Counted from the first letter of the stretch, positions 1 through 10,979 are shown. The stretch is 64,000 nt of DNA from a virus (IMGVR_UViG_3300021255_000152:1-64000); one strand, 5' to 3'. Notes: generated from the sequence alone by a model not told the origin. Made by a program: numbers and translations.

Positions 1-773
1 ACATTTTCCAGAAGTGCGCATCTTGTCAATAATCCAACTCCACCAGGAACAGGAGTTACCTTCGCTTCGCTACTTGCGCCATTATAAACATCTCCAACTA
101 GTTTGCTGCCATCCCAGTTAGTCCCCACATCAATAATGACCGCATCCTTTTTCGCCATACTCGCGTCTAAGAAGTGCGCTCGCCCCACCGCGCACACAAT
201 CAAATCCGCTTTCGCCACCATTTCATCCAACGTATGTACATTAGTTCGACTATGCGCCTGCACTACCGTCCAGTTCCTATCCAAAAGTAGCTTTGCTGTT
301 GGTTTTCCAGCCAATGGTCCTCTACCAATTACTAAAGCCAGTAGTCCAGTACCATCACCCATTCCCAGACTATCTAAATACGTAATAATCCCCTGCGCCG
401 TTGCGGGATTATACGGACTATCAGGTAAAAATCCATCCACATCCCTTTCAGGAGATAACGCAGCTTGGATTGCTTTATTTACGTCTAGTTCTTTTGGAAC
501 AGGTAACTGCACAATTAACCCATTGCTTTCATCCTGATTGATAATCTGCGCTAATTGCACCGTGGTAGGACAACTGTCTTTTGGAATTCTATACAAAGTA
601 GGTCTAATTCCTACTTCATTACAGTCCTTAATCTTATTATCTACATACTTTGTACTTGCTTGATAATCTCCTACCTGAATAATCGTTAAGGTAGGAGCTT
701 TATCCATTCGCGCAATCTTACTCTTTAACTCGTCCTTCCAATTGCGGACGAAGGTCTTTACATCTAAATACAT
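1..773 (-). CDS. folD: Bifunctional methylenetetrahydrofolate dehydrogenase/cyclohydrolase (3' end runs off the window)
   Basis: Manual translation: MYLDVKTF...IIQVGDYQASTKYVDNKIKDC...GLIVQLPVP...DVDGF...PATAQGI...VIGRGPLAGKP...IIDVGTN...KLVGDV...VTPVPGGVGLLT, all FolD hallmark motifs. Not in the ORF track because there is no stop codon inside the window. Confidence 0.95.
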   Translation of the reverse strand, partial: MYLDVKTFVRNWKDELKSKIARMDKAPTLTIIQVGDYQASTKYVDNKIKDCNEVGIRPTLYRIPKDSCPTTVQLAQIINQDESNGLIVQLPVPKELDVNKAIQAALSPERDVDGFLPDSPYNPATAQGIITYLDSLGMGDGTGLLALVIGRGPLAGKPTAKLLLDRNWTVVQAHSRTNVHTLDEMVAKADLIVCAVGRAHFLDASMAKKDAVIIDVGTNWDGSKLVGDVYNGASSEAKVTPVPGGVGLLTRCALLEN

Positions 774-775
774 AA

Positions 776-958
776 TTAATCGTCTATCAACTCCTCTGCA
801 CAATCTATTTGATAAATCTTTTCTAATAAAAAATTTACTATATCTCGTTGTGGAATTCGACACCACTTAGGACTATCATTATCAACATAATCCTTAACTG
901 CCAACAGTAAATGAATAACGTCTATGCGTCTAATTACATCACTACTTTTGATCATCAT
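776..958 (-). CDS. Small hypothetical protein (60 aa)
   Basis: ORF track; tightly packed between the upstream small ORF and folD on the same strand; TAA stop. Confidence 0.6.
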   Translation of the reverse strand: MMIKSSDVIRRIDVIHLLLAVKDYVDNDSPKWCRIPQRDIVNFLLEKIYQIDCAEELIDD

Positions 959-1109
959 TAATTTGAACCTTCTGAATTGTGATCTTCATATTTGGTTCAA
1001 GATAATATTTATTAAAAAGTCCCTGGACTAAAACCATTGCAGTTTCTAATGTCATATTCTCTGCGGCAAGGACACTATCAATATAAACACTAAACTTATC
1101 TTCTGTCAT
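942..1109 (-). CDS. Small hypothetical protein (55 aa)
   Basis: AAAGGAG RBS precedes the ATG at 1109 (MTEDKFSV...); TAG stop. Confidence 0.7.
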   Translation of the reverse strand: MTEDKFSVYIDSVLAAENMTLETAMVLVQGLFNKYYLEPNMKITIQKVQINDDQK

Positions 1110-1161
1110 AATATATCTCCTTTTTTTCATAAATATTATACCAAAAATTTTTGTCTTTTGT

Positions 1162-1190
1162 TTGACTTGCGCGCAAAATTCTGTTATAAT
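1162..1190 (+). promoter_or_regulatory. Sigma-A/sigma70-type promoter for the 1218 gene
   Basis: TTGACT-17 nt-TATAAT with an extended -10 TG. A leftward TGGTATAAT extended -10 lies at about 1135-1143 (divergent arrangement). Confidence 0.85.
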
Positions 1191-1217
1191 AGTTCTATAA
1201 ATACTGGGAGGAAGAAA

Positions 1218-2318
1218 ATGATCAAATTAGATTATTCTTTAAAAACTCCTGAAGAAAGATTAGAATTAGTTAAAAAGATATTAGAAGAAAATCCACATCC
1301 GAATTCTTCTTACTTAGAAATTTTAGCGAACTACTTAATCTTCTGTATGGAGAAAGAAGAGAAAAAGGAGAAAAAAATTCTCACTGAAAACCGTATGGCG
1401 ACAGTGAATAAAAGAGAAACTTCCTATGAAGGACTTGTATCCCAGTTTGAAAATGGAGAAGATGGTGTTTATAACATCACAAATAATGACAAACACGTAA
1501 TATTCCAACCAAAAATTTCAATAACAAAAAAAGATAGAGAAGATATACCAGAATTATCACAAACAGATGAAGCTATTGCGGCCTGGAGTGAGCGTCTCAA
1601 AAGATGCGAGGGTCGTGATGCATACATCGCCAAAACAGCACAAATAGACGCAAGAAAAGATCAATATATAATTAAACAACATCGTAAGCCTCCTGTTCAA
1701 GCTATGCATTTAGTGCATTCTGAACACCACACAGTTTTACCCGATAATACATGGATTGACGAAGATGGGAATGTAGTTTCAGAAGGAGTGTCCTTAACAA
1801 ATCCTACCGTCTGCTCAATAATTCTATGCAATTATTCTAAGTTGCGCCAGAATTGTTATGGAGACTTTTTTAGTGATACCTGATACCTTATGGAGGAATT
1901 TGATAAAGTTAGTTTGCGCGCATTGCATGACAAGCCTTTATATTACCGCTTAGTAGAATGTAAGATTGATGGTATGCAAAATGTAGAAATACAGGAAGTT
2001 TTAGAAGAAGAATTTGGTATTAAACATAGTCTTGAATATATCTCATCCCTTTGACGCAATAAAATACCTATCTTAATTGCGTCTGCGGCAGAAGATGATT
2101 TTCTTGACTGATATTATTTAAACATTGAAAAAGGTGTTTATAAACGTTGTAGCAGATGCGGTCAAATAAAATTAGCTCATAATAAATATTTTAGTAAAAA
2201 TAAAACAAGCAAAGACGGCTTCTATTCTATTTGTAAGGAATGTCGTAATAAGAAAAAGCCTAAATTTGAAGAAGATGGACAAAACCCCCCAATCTCATTC
2301 TCTAATTCTAAGAAATAG
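1218..2318 (+). CDS. Putative late transcription regulator, 366 aa (HTH-like segment plus C-terminal CxxC...CxxC Zn finger); 3 in-frame TGA=Trp
   Basis: GGAGG RBS. Reading through TGA at 1881, 2052 and 2109 gives ...KIDGMQNVEIQEVLEEEFGIKHSLEYISSLWRNKIP...CSRC...CKEC, ending in TAG. Function inferred from motifs and position. Confidence 0.75.
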
Positions 2319-2335
2319 AAAAGGAGGAATAATTT

Positions 2336-3574
2336 ATGGCTGATGTAAGCAAGAAAGATTTAATATTTTGTGAAAAATGTCATAGAACTTTAAAAAGGTC
2401 AGAATTTTATAAATCAAATAATTTAGAAAAATATCCAAACGGCGGAACTATTCCTATTTGTAAGAAGTGCGCGACAATGCACGTTAATAATTGAGATCCA
2501 TCTACGTTTCTTTGGATTCTTCAAGAAGCTGATGTCCCATATATTCCAAAAGAATGGGATCAGCTTTTAATGTCGTATGGAACAGATAAATCTAAAGTTA
2601 CTGGCTTAACTATTATTGGGCGATATATTGGTAAGATGCATCTTAACCAATATAAAAAGTATCGCTGGAGAGATAGTGAAGCATTGCGCTTAAAAGATGA
2701 AAAAGAACTTACCGAAGCAATGGAACGCCAAGGCAAGAGTCAAACAGAAATAGATGAGGTTCTTGAAGCTAACCGTTTTATAATTCCAGAAGGTGAGCTT
2801 AAGGAACCTGAGACTGCGGTTGCGCCGATGCCTGCGGATAATGGTCCAGAAGCATTTGTATCAATGCCTCTAGGGGGTAATTTTGATGACACTGCGATTT
2901 CTGCAGAAGAGCTTGGATTAACTGAAGATGATGTTCGTTATTTAAAGTTGCGTTGGGGGCGTGCCTATAAGCCAGAAGAATGGATTTATTTGGAACGTTT
3001 TTACCGCAATTTTGAAGAAACATATGATATTCACACAGCAGGTCATAAAGACACTTTAATGAAACTCGCAAAGGTATCTCTTAAACTTGACCAGTTAATC
3101 GACCTCGGAGATATTGAGGGTGCGCAAAAGGCTGAAAAAATGTATGATAGTTTAATGAAGAGTGGCTCTTTTACCGCACATCAAAACAAGGAGGAAGAAA
3201 AACGTGGAATCGATTCTCTTGGAGAAGTTGTTGCTCTTTGCGAATCAAAGGGCTTTATACCTAGATATTACGTTGATAGCCCAAAAGATAAGGTTGATAG
3301 AGTATTGCAAGACTTACAAGAATATACTCGTTCTCTTATTATGGAAGAAACTAATATCGGTGACCTCATTGACAATGCGGTTCGTCAGATTGAGCTAGAA
3401 AAACAAAAAGAAGCTGAAGCTGATTTAGATGGTCAGACAGAAGAAGAGGCTTTAGAAGAATCTCTATTCTCTGAAAATAAGCAATATCTTTCTGATAATG
3501 CTTTTACTGAATTTGGAGAATTTGAAGAAGAGTTAGAAGCAGAGAATGAAAAACTATTCTCAAAAGGAGAATAG
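2336..3574 (+). CDS. Putative terminase small subunit / Zn-binding packaging protein, 412 aa; TGA=Trp at 2492
   Basis: AGGAGG RBS; N-terminal CEKC...CKKC; joins the 2570 ORF in frame; lies directly upstream of TerL. Confidence 0.65.
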
Positions 3575-3576
3575 CT

Positions 3577-5406
3577 ATGTCATTACAAGATATTTTAGAT
3601 CAACACAAACAAGAAGATTTAAATGGCGTATCTCAAACAATTTGAGATTTATTAGATATTAAAAAATCAAGAAAAGTTGGTATATCGCATGAACGTATAG
3701 ACAATATAATTCCTGTAGCTCGAGATTATATAGCATATTGGAGAGAATACCCTGATATGTTTATAGATTTCTTACAAACAGGAATAGATGGGACTATTCC
3801 TGAAACAGGTTTAAGATTCTATTTCTATCAAAGAGTATTCTTGCGTGCGGCGATGCGTTATCGTTATGTTTATGCGGTATTCCCTCGTGCGTATTCTAAA
3901 TCATTCTTGTCAGTATTGACATTAATGTGCAGATGTATTCTTTATCCAAGAGCAAAGTTATTTGTAACTTCTGGTGGTAAGGAACAGTCTGCACAAATTG
4001 TTAAAGAAAAAGTTCAAGAATTATGTACTATGATTCCAGCTCTTGATAGAGAACTTGATCGTCGTTTAGGTAAAACTAGAGAAGGTAAGGACTATGTTAT
4101 TTATATGTTTAAAAACGGTTCTTACTTTGATAATATTGCGGCAAGTGAAAAGTCAAGAGGTAAGCGTCGTCATGGTGGTCTTGTAGAGGAGTGCGTAGGT
4201 GTAGATGGAGATATTCTCCAACAGGTTATTATTCCTACCATGAATATTTCAAGACAGTGTATGGATGGAAGTACGCATAATGAGGAAGTTCTTAATAAAT
4301 CACAGTTGTATATTACTACGGCAGGATTTAAAGGAACTTTCGCATATAATAAATTAATACAGACTTTGGTTCAAATGGTAACTGAACCAGATAAAGCCTT
4401 TGTAATGGGTGGTACATTCAAGATACCAGTTATTGCGGGCTTGCTTGATAAAGATTTTATTACCGACTTAAAGAAAGATGAAACTTTTAATGAAATTTCA
4501 TTCTTACGTGAGTATGAAAGTAAATGGGCTGGTTCTTCTGAAGATGCATTCTTTAAAGGTGAAGCGTTTGATAGAAACCGAGTTCTCCAAAAGCCAGAGT
4601 ATGAAGCATCTGGTCGTGCTAATGTTCAAAGTTATTATGTTCTTGCAATGGATGTTGCGAGAAAGAATACTGGACGAGATGGATGCGATAGCGTAATTTG
4701 TGTATTTAGAGTTGCGCCACAGAGCTATGGTGAAGTTTCATTAAAATATTTAGTAAATATTTATTCTCTTACAAATATGCACTTCGAAGACCAGGCAATT
4801 TGGGCGAAACGTTTGTACTATAAATATGACGCTCGTAAAATTGTAATTGATGCCAACGGTCTTGGTATTGGTCTTGTTGATTACATGGTTAAATCACAGG
4901 TTGATCCTTTAACGGGTGATGAATATCCTGATTTTGGTGTTGATAATGATGAAGAAGGATATTATAAGAGATTTAGAACAAATAATACAGAACAAGATGC
5001 AATGTATTTAATTAAGGCAAATGCGCCACTTAATACAGAAGCACATTCAAATGTTCAAACACAGCTTACTTCTGGAAAGTTAAAATTCCTTATTGATGAT
5101 CGTGCAGCTAAAGTAAAATTGCTTGGAACGCAAAAAGGAAAACAAATGACTCCAGAGGAAAGGTCAGAATACTTAAAACCTTATAATCTAACTTCCATAT
5201 TAAAAGAAGAGATGCTGAATCTTCGTGAGGAAAATGAAGGTGTTAATATTATATTAAAGCAAGCAAATAAATCTATTCGTAAGGATAAATTTTCTGCACT
5301 TGAATATGGATTATACTATATTAAACAATACGAAGATAGCAGACGTAAGAAAAAGAAACGTTTCGTTGCATCAGAATGACGATTCAGTTCCCACATCGGA
5401 GGTTAA
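3577..5406 (+). CDS. terL: Terminase large subunit, 609 aa; TGA=Trp at 3643 and 5377
   Basis: Walker-A-like PRAYSKS, RGKRR plus Walker-B-like GLVEE, ITTAG coupling motif, RNase-H-like LAMDVAR, IDANGLG and KDKFSA. Confidence 0.93.
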
Positions 5407-5408
5407 TT

Positions 5409-5765
5409 ATGAGAGCAAGTAGAGGCGAAATTAAGATTGAAGAAATATTAGAAGAAGCAGGATTGAACTTTAAAATGGAAGTATCTTTTGAGGGTTTGAA
5501 TAGTCCAAATGGGAAACCTCTTCGTTTTGACTTTGCGGTTTTTGATGATGATGGTAATCTTGATTTTCTTATTGAATATCAAGGACGTCAGCATTATGAA
5601 GCTAGTGGTAAGTTTGGCGGCAAAAAGGGTTTATACCAACAGCAGTTCAACGATGCGAAAAAACGTAGATTTTGTCAGCTCCATGATATAAAGTTAATTG
5701 AAATCCCATATACCGATGAGTATATTTTGGATTACGATTATATTATGACTAGAGCTGGTTATTAG
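5409..5765 (+). CDS. Small PD-(D/E)XK (Vsr/DUF559-like) endonuclease
   Basis: GGAGG RBS; motifs S.GE, PLRFDF, LIEYQGRQHY, D..K...C...IKLIEIPY. Confidence 0.8.
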   Translation: MRASRGEIKIEEILEEAGLNFKMEVSFEGLNSPNGKPLRFDFAVFDDDGNLDFLIEYQGRQHYEASGKFGGKKGLYQQQFNDAKKRRFCQLHDIKLIEIPYTDEYILDYDYIMTRAGY

Positions 5766-5776
5766 GAGGTGAGACC

Positions 5777-7387
5777 TTGGCCAGTAATAAAGAAAGACAG
5801 GAACAAATTAGAGAAAAAGGTTTTTCTATGAATGGTTCTTCCCAATACGGGAGCATAAAGGTCGGAACAAAAACTCTTGAAGATGCAGTTATTAATTTAG
5901 GAGCTTATCAGAAACTAAAAGATACTTCATGTTTAAGATTTTATGATAAGATAGCGATATTGCGTGCAATTGCGGAAAATGATGTTAAAGCAATTCGCGC
6001 AATATCTGACTTCTTCTATCGTACTAATGGTATCTATCAAAGAATTGTAAATTATTATGCAACAATGTATAGATATGATTGATATACTGTTCCTACTATT
6101 TATGATGATAAAATTCTTAGTAATGAAGAAAAAAGTAAAAAGGTTACTACCGAATGATTCAAAGTAATAGACTATTTGGATAATACAAACATTAGAGAGA
6201 TTACTCAAAATATTACATTTAAAGTTATTAAATATGGCGTATGCTATGGATATATGGTTGAAGGAAAAGATGGTATTCTTTTTCAGGAATTACCAGTAGA
6301 TTATTGTCGTTGTAGATATTATGTAAATAATCTTCCAGCGATAGAATTTAATATGGCATATTTTGATCAAAAATTTCATGATGTTAATTATAGAATGAAA
6401 GTTCTTAAAATGTTTCCAAAAGATATTCAAAAAGGTTATGTTCTTTGGAAAGAGAGAAGATTAACTCCTGATTTTGAGGGAGATACAAGTGGTTGGTATT
6501 TACTTGACCCAGGTAGCGCTGTTAAATTTTCTTTGCCAGGAACTAATGAAATTCCTTTTTTCATTAATGTAATTCCATATTTATTAGATTTAGATGCGGC
6601 ACAAGATTTAGATCATCGTAAGCAATTACAGGATTTATTGAAAATAATTGTCCAAAAGTTGCCTATTGATAAAAATGGTGATTTAATTTTTGATGTAGAT
6701 GAAGCAAGAGATATTCATAACAATACAGTAGCAATGCTTCATCATACCATCAACACAGATGTTATTACAACATTTGCTGATGTTGATTCTATTGATTTAT
6801 CTGATACTACGAATGTAGATAACGATGATTTGGAGCGTGTTGAACGTTCTGTGTATAATGCCGCAGGTGTTTCTAAAAACTTATTTAATTCAGACACGAA
6901 TTTATCTATTAATAATTCTATTTTACAAGATGAAGGCTTGATGCGCAATTTAAAGTTGCAATTCGAGAAATTATTTGATACAATAATTCAGAGAAGAATG
7001 CCTAATAAAAAGAAATATACATTTAGATTTTATATTTTAGATACAACACAATATAATTATAAAGAATTATCAAAAACATACAAAGAACAGATGACTGTTG
7101 GATTTGGTAAGATGCTTGCGCAAATTGCATTAGGTCATACACAAAATTCAATTTTGGCAACAGCATTCTTTGAAAATGATGTATTATCACTTAGCACTGT
7201 TATGATTCCACCAATGATGTCTTCTACAATTGGTAGTGAAGATATTCAAACTTTGGGCAAAGGAGGTAAAACTCAACCTTCTGAAGGTCAAAATACTACA
7301 GGAAGTGATAATAAGGGTGGTAGACCAGCTAAAGAAGCAACAGAACTTTCTGATAAAACCATCCAAAATAAAGAAAGTCAGAAGTAG
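5777..7387 (+). CDS. Portal protein, 536 aa; TGA=Trp at 6080 and 6155
   Basis: AGGAGG RBS with TTG start; two track ORFs join in frame; size and position between TerL and protease fit a portal. Confidence 0.85.
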
Positions 7388-7398
7388 GAGGAAATTAA

Positions 7399-8694
7399 AT
7401 GCCACAGCACACAAGTATAGCATTAAATTCTCCAGTTGAAATTCTTCATGATTTGGTACCACTAAACCCACTTATTAGTAAATGCCAAATCAAGGTTTGT
7501 TATGTAGGAGATGAGCCAAACCGCAATGGTAGCGTTATTACAAAAGCTGTTGCGAGAGAAATGGCGAGATCCCTTCCTGGTTCTCCTATCGTTGGTTATT
7601 ACAACGAAACAAGCGAAGACTTTGAAGGACATAATCAAATTATTGATATTTCAAATGGAGAGTGGAAATTTAAGGACACCACTCAACCTTATGGTTTCGT
7701 AGATTGAAACGCTAAGGTTTGGTTCCAGAAATTCCTCGATGATGGGGTTGAACATGAATACCTCATGACTGAGGGATATTTATGGACAGGTCAATATCCA
7801 GAGGCAAAACGTGTTATTGAAAAAGGTAACAACCAGTCTATGGAACTTGATGAGAATACTTTGCAGGGATTTTGGTCAGAAGATGATAATGGAGGACCTT
7901 CTTTCTTTATTATCAATGAAGCTATAATCTCTAAACTCTGTATTCTTGGGGAAGATGTTGAACCTTGCTTCGAGGGTTCTCAGATTACCAGAGTTCAGTT
8001 CTCTTTTGAAGAGAGCATGCAGAAGAAATTATTTAGTATGATGGAACAGGTTAAAGAGATTATTAAAGAAGGAGGTAATTCCGTGGAGAATGAAGTAAAG
8101 AATCCAGAAATGGAAAATGAAGAAGTTAAGCCAGAAGAAGAAACTCCTGAAGTAGAACAGGAAGAAAAGCCTGAAAAAGAGAATCCTGAAGAACCTGAAG
8201 TAGAAGCTCCAGAGAAAGAGGACGAACCTGAAGAGGAGCAACCTGAAGAAGAAGAGGAAACTCCTGAGGAAGAGGGCGAAGTTAATAAATATAATCTTGA
8301 CGAAATTCAAGAATATATAGAATTAAAGGCTAACTATGAAGAGTTAGAAACTAAATTCAACGAAATGAAAGCTGATTATGACAAGCTTGTAGAATTCAAG
8401 AATGACGCTGACCGCAAGGAAAAGCAAGCCATGATTGACCAGTTCTATATGCTTTCTAATGAAGACAAGAAAGATGTAATTGAGAATATTGACAATTACT
8501 CTGTCGATGAAATCGAAGCAAAGCTTTCTGTAATTTGTGTTCGTAACAAGGTAAGTTTTGATCTTGACGATGATAGTGAAGACGAGGAGAAAACTCCTAC
8601 ATCTATCTTCAATCTTGAAAATGATGGAATTGAAGATGATATCACACCTGCTTGGATCAAAGCAGCTTTAGCTACGAAGAAAGAAATGGAATAA
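7399..8694 (+). CDS. Prohead protease with acidic scaffold C-terminus, 431 aa; TGA=Trp at 7705
   Basis: NRNGS, GH, EGYLW, QSMEL and LCILG.DVEPCFE motifs, then a Glu/Pro-rich linker and coiled coil; lies between portal and capsid genes. Confidence 0.85.
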
Positions 8695-8712
8695 TATAGG
8701 AGGAAGACAAGA

Positions 8713-9453
8713 ATGGCTAAAACAAGATTAAGTGAAAAAGCCACATATGTCACTCGTGGTTACGGACAAGTTGAACCTAACCATTTATCAGCTCAGAAGA
8801 CAGGTCAGATCTATGCACAGTTACCTGCTGCAGCAAACATTAACATTCTTGAGAATGGTCAGTTTGCTACTTATAACTATGCTGCAGCTGATGGTGGAGC
8901 AGTAGATTTTTCTGGTGCTGGCGAGTGGATGATGGTCTTTAATGAAATTAAGCTTTATCGTGATTTCGAACAGGATTGCGATTTTGCAATGAAGAAAGAA
9001 GATTATGTGGCTCGTGTATATAGCCCAATTGATGGCACTCAGCCATTAACAGAATGGCAGTCTCGTTTCTATGGCCAGTATGCAGGTGTAGATTCTCAGG
9101 GTAATCCTATTCTTAACCCAGAGCGTGTTACAACACCAGCTGACCCATATGAAGTTGATTCTACAGACGATCCATTCAAGACAACTCAGAATTATAAGAC
9201 ACCTAAGTATATGGCAGAAGGAACACGCATGGTTCCTCGTCTCTTTAAGATTAATGTTGGCGATATTTGGACAACAAATACTATTAAAGCAGAACCAGGC
9301 AGCCTCAAAGTTGGTCAGTTCCTTACACCAGATGCAGATGGTTATCTAAAAGTTGGACAGGGTGCAGATGCTCAGCATCCAACAATGGAGATTGTTAAGG
9401 TTTATACAATGCCTGATATGCAACCTGGCGTAAAGGTTATGCGCGTTAAGTAA
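8713..9453 (+). CDS. Putative capsid decoration/cement protein
   Basis: Intact 246-aa ORF between scaffold and MCP; codon bias typical of highly expressed genes; no TGA. Confidence 0.65.
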   Translation: MAKTRLSEKATYVTRGYGQVEPNHLSAQKTGQIYAQLPAAANINILENGQFATYNYAAADGGAVDFSGAGEWMMVFNEIKLYRDFEQDCDFAMKKEDYVARVYSPIDGTQPLTEWQSRFYGQYAGVDSQGNPILNPERVTTPADPYEVDSTDDPFKTTQNYKTPKYMAEGTRMVPRLFKINVGDIWTTNTIKAEPGSLKVGQFLTPDADGYLKVGQGADAQHPTMEIVKVYTMPDMQPGVKVMRVK

Positions 9454-9471
9454 TAGAAAGGAGTAAAGGAC

Positions 9472-10584
9472 ATGTTAGATAAGAAGAATTTCGTACAATT
9501 AGCTAAGATTGTTGCTAAAGCTGATCCTAAGGCTCCTCAGGCGTATAGCTACAACGGCGCTAATTTTAATTATGCTGAACTCAATGAAACACTTCGTAAA
9601 GAGTTCAATGAAATTGCTGGTACATACCAGTTATATCGTGAAAACAAGAATTTAGTATTCTCTATTATTGAAGAAACATTAAATGACGTTCTTCCACAGA
9701 AGGTCATTGAAAACTACGGTCAGTTTGCTGAAGTTAAGACTTTCGCACAGGGCGATAAGCCATTGTTCCGTAGAAAGATTGATGGCACAAATCGTGCTAA
9801 GCAGTTCATTACAAGAGTAGGACTTGCTGGTGATTATGAAGTATTCAAGCTCGCTAAGAGTTCTGAAAGCTTCGAAGTACCAACTAGTGCTATCGGTGGA
9901 GCTGCACAGATCGGATTCGAGGAATTCCTTGATGGTCGTGCTGACTTCGCAGAACTTACAAATATCGTAATGGAAGGTATGGATGACCTCGTTTATGAGG
10001 AAATCGGTAAGGCTCTTGAGGGTGCTATTAATCAGCTTCCAGCTATGAACCGCGTTGTTACAAATACATTCGATCCTGCATCTTTCGATGAACTCGTTCG
10101 TATGGCTGAATCTTATGGTAATGTAACAATCTACTGCACAAACGAATTTGCAGTTAAGATGATTCCACAAGAAGCTTGGAGATACACAGAAGCTATGAAG
10201 GATGAACTTTACAGAACAGGTCGTCTTTCTGGTTATCGTGATAAGAATGTTGTTATTCTTCCAAATGCTTACAAGGATATCATTTCTGGTAAGGAAAAAG
10301 TTATTGATCCTTCTTTCTGCTGGATTATTCCATCTGGCGCAGATACAAAGCCTGTTAAGGTCGCTTTCGAAGGTGACACACTTGTTGATGAGCGTGCTAA
10401 CCGCGACTGGAGTCGTGAAATCCAGGTTTATAAGAAGGTTGGCGTAACTTGCATGATGAACAATGCAATTTGCGTTTATAAGGATACATCTCTTTCTAAG
10501 AATGGTGCATTCAACCTTGCTGATACCGTTCAGAATATTGTTCATGTAGTTGATGATTCTCAATCCGGTAAAGAAGGGGACTAG
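9472..10584 (+). CDS. Major capsid protein
   Basis: 370 aa, strong RBS, synteny, strong codon bias, no TGA. Confidence 0.85.
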   Translation: MLDKKNFVQLAKIVAKADPKAPQAYSYNGANFNYAELNETLRKEFNEIAGTYQLYRENKNLVFSIIEETLNDVLPQKVIENYGQFAEVKTFAQGDKPLFRRKIDGTNRAKQFITRVGLAGDYEVFKLAKSSESFEVPTSAIGGAAQIGFEEFLDGRADFAELTNIVMEGMDDLVYEEIGKALEGAINQLPAMNRVVTNTFDPASFDELVRMAESYGNVTIYCTNEFAVKMIPQEAWRYTEAMKDELYRTGRLSGYRDKNVVILPNAYKDIISGKEKVIDPSFCWIIPSGADTKPVKVAFEGDTLVDERANRDWSREIQVYKKVGVTCMMNNAICVYKDTSLSKNGAFNLADTVQNIVHVVDDSQSGKEGD

Positions 10585-10979
10585 TGACGGCAACCGCCAG
10601 TAAGTTGGCCACTCTTCCATCTTGGGACGCACATTATGCAGACATGCAGACCAATAATGGGGCGGTTGGAGTCGAACAAAGTGGTAACACTGTTGCGCTT
10701 AGCTTTGACGATGATGCATTAGTTACATTCCCATCTTCAAATGCGGCACAGGGTGAGCATAAATGGGTTGGTCTCGATATTGCTACTAACTTAGACAGTA
10801 TCGTAGGTGCAACTTGGAATGGTTCTGAGTTAACTCAGGCAGATGCGGATGAAGCAGCAGGCGTAGGTCTTGCGGCAGGTCACATCGTATTCTGGATTAA
10901 AGCAGACGCATTACCTGTTTCTGTAACTATTGGAGCAGAAGGTAAAGAGGCTGCAACATTGACATTCCAAAAAGCTTAA
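10584..10979 (+). CDS. Small beta-rich virion protein, possibly a frameshift extension of the MCP
   Basis: GTG overlaps the MCP stop (TAGTG) in the -1 frame; followed by a terminator. Confidence 0.7.
   Translation: MTATASKLATLPSWDAHYADMQTNNGAVGVEQSGNTVALSFDDDALVTFPSSNAAQGEHKWVGLDIATNLDSIVGATWNGSELTQADADEAAGVGLAAGHIVFWIKADALPVSVTIGAEGKEAATLTFQKA

Noticed and set aside
103-537. 144-aa plus-strand ORF
   Set aside because: Antisense shadow of folD, with no RBS.
5376-5408. Track start at 5376 for the nuclease and TerL stop at 5379
   Set aside because: With TGA=Trp, TerL runs to TAA at 5404-5406, and the RBS supports the nuclease ATG at 5409.
8090-8280. GAA/CCT-rich stretch as a DNA repeat or CRISPR array
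   Set aside because: It is the low-complexity Glu/Pro coding linker of the scaffold; there are no fixed repeat-spacer units.
10582-10587. TAG read-through of the MCP (TAG followed by TGA)
   Set aside because: The in-frame continuation is short and lacks the phage codon style; TAG serves as a normal stop in several other genes.
9679-10632. 317-aa minus-strand ORF and the other short antisense or alternate-frame ORFs in the track
   Set aside because: Shadows of strongly codon-biased plus-strand genes; no RBS and no recognisable motifs.
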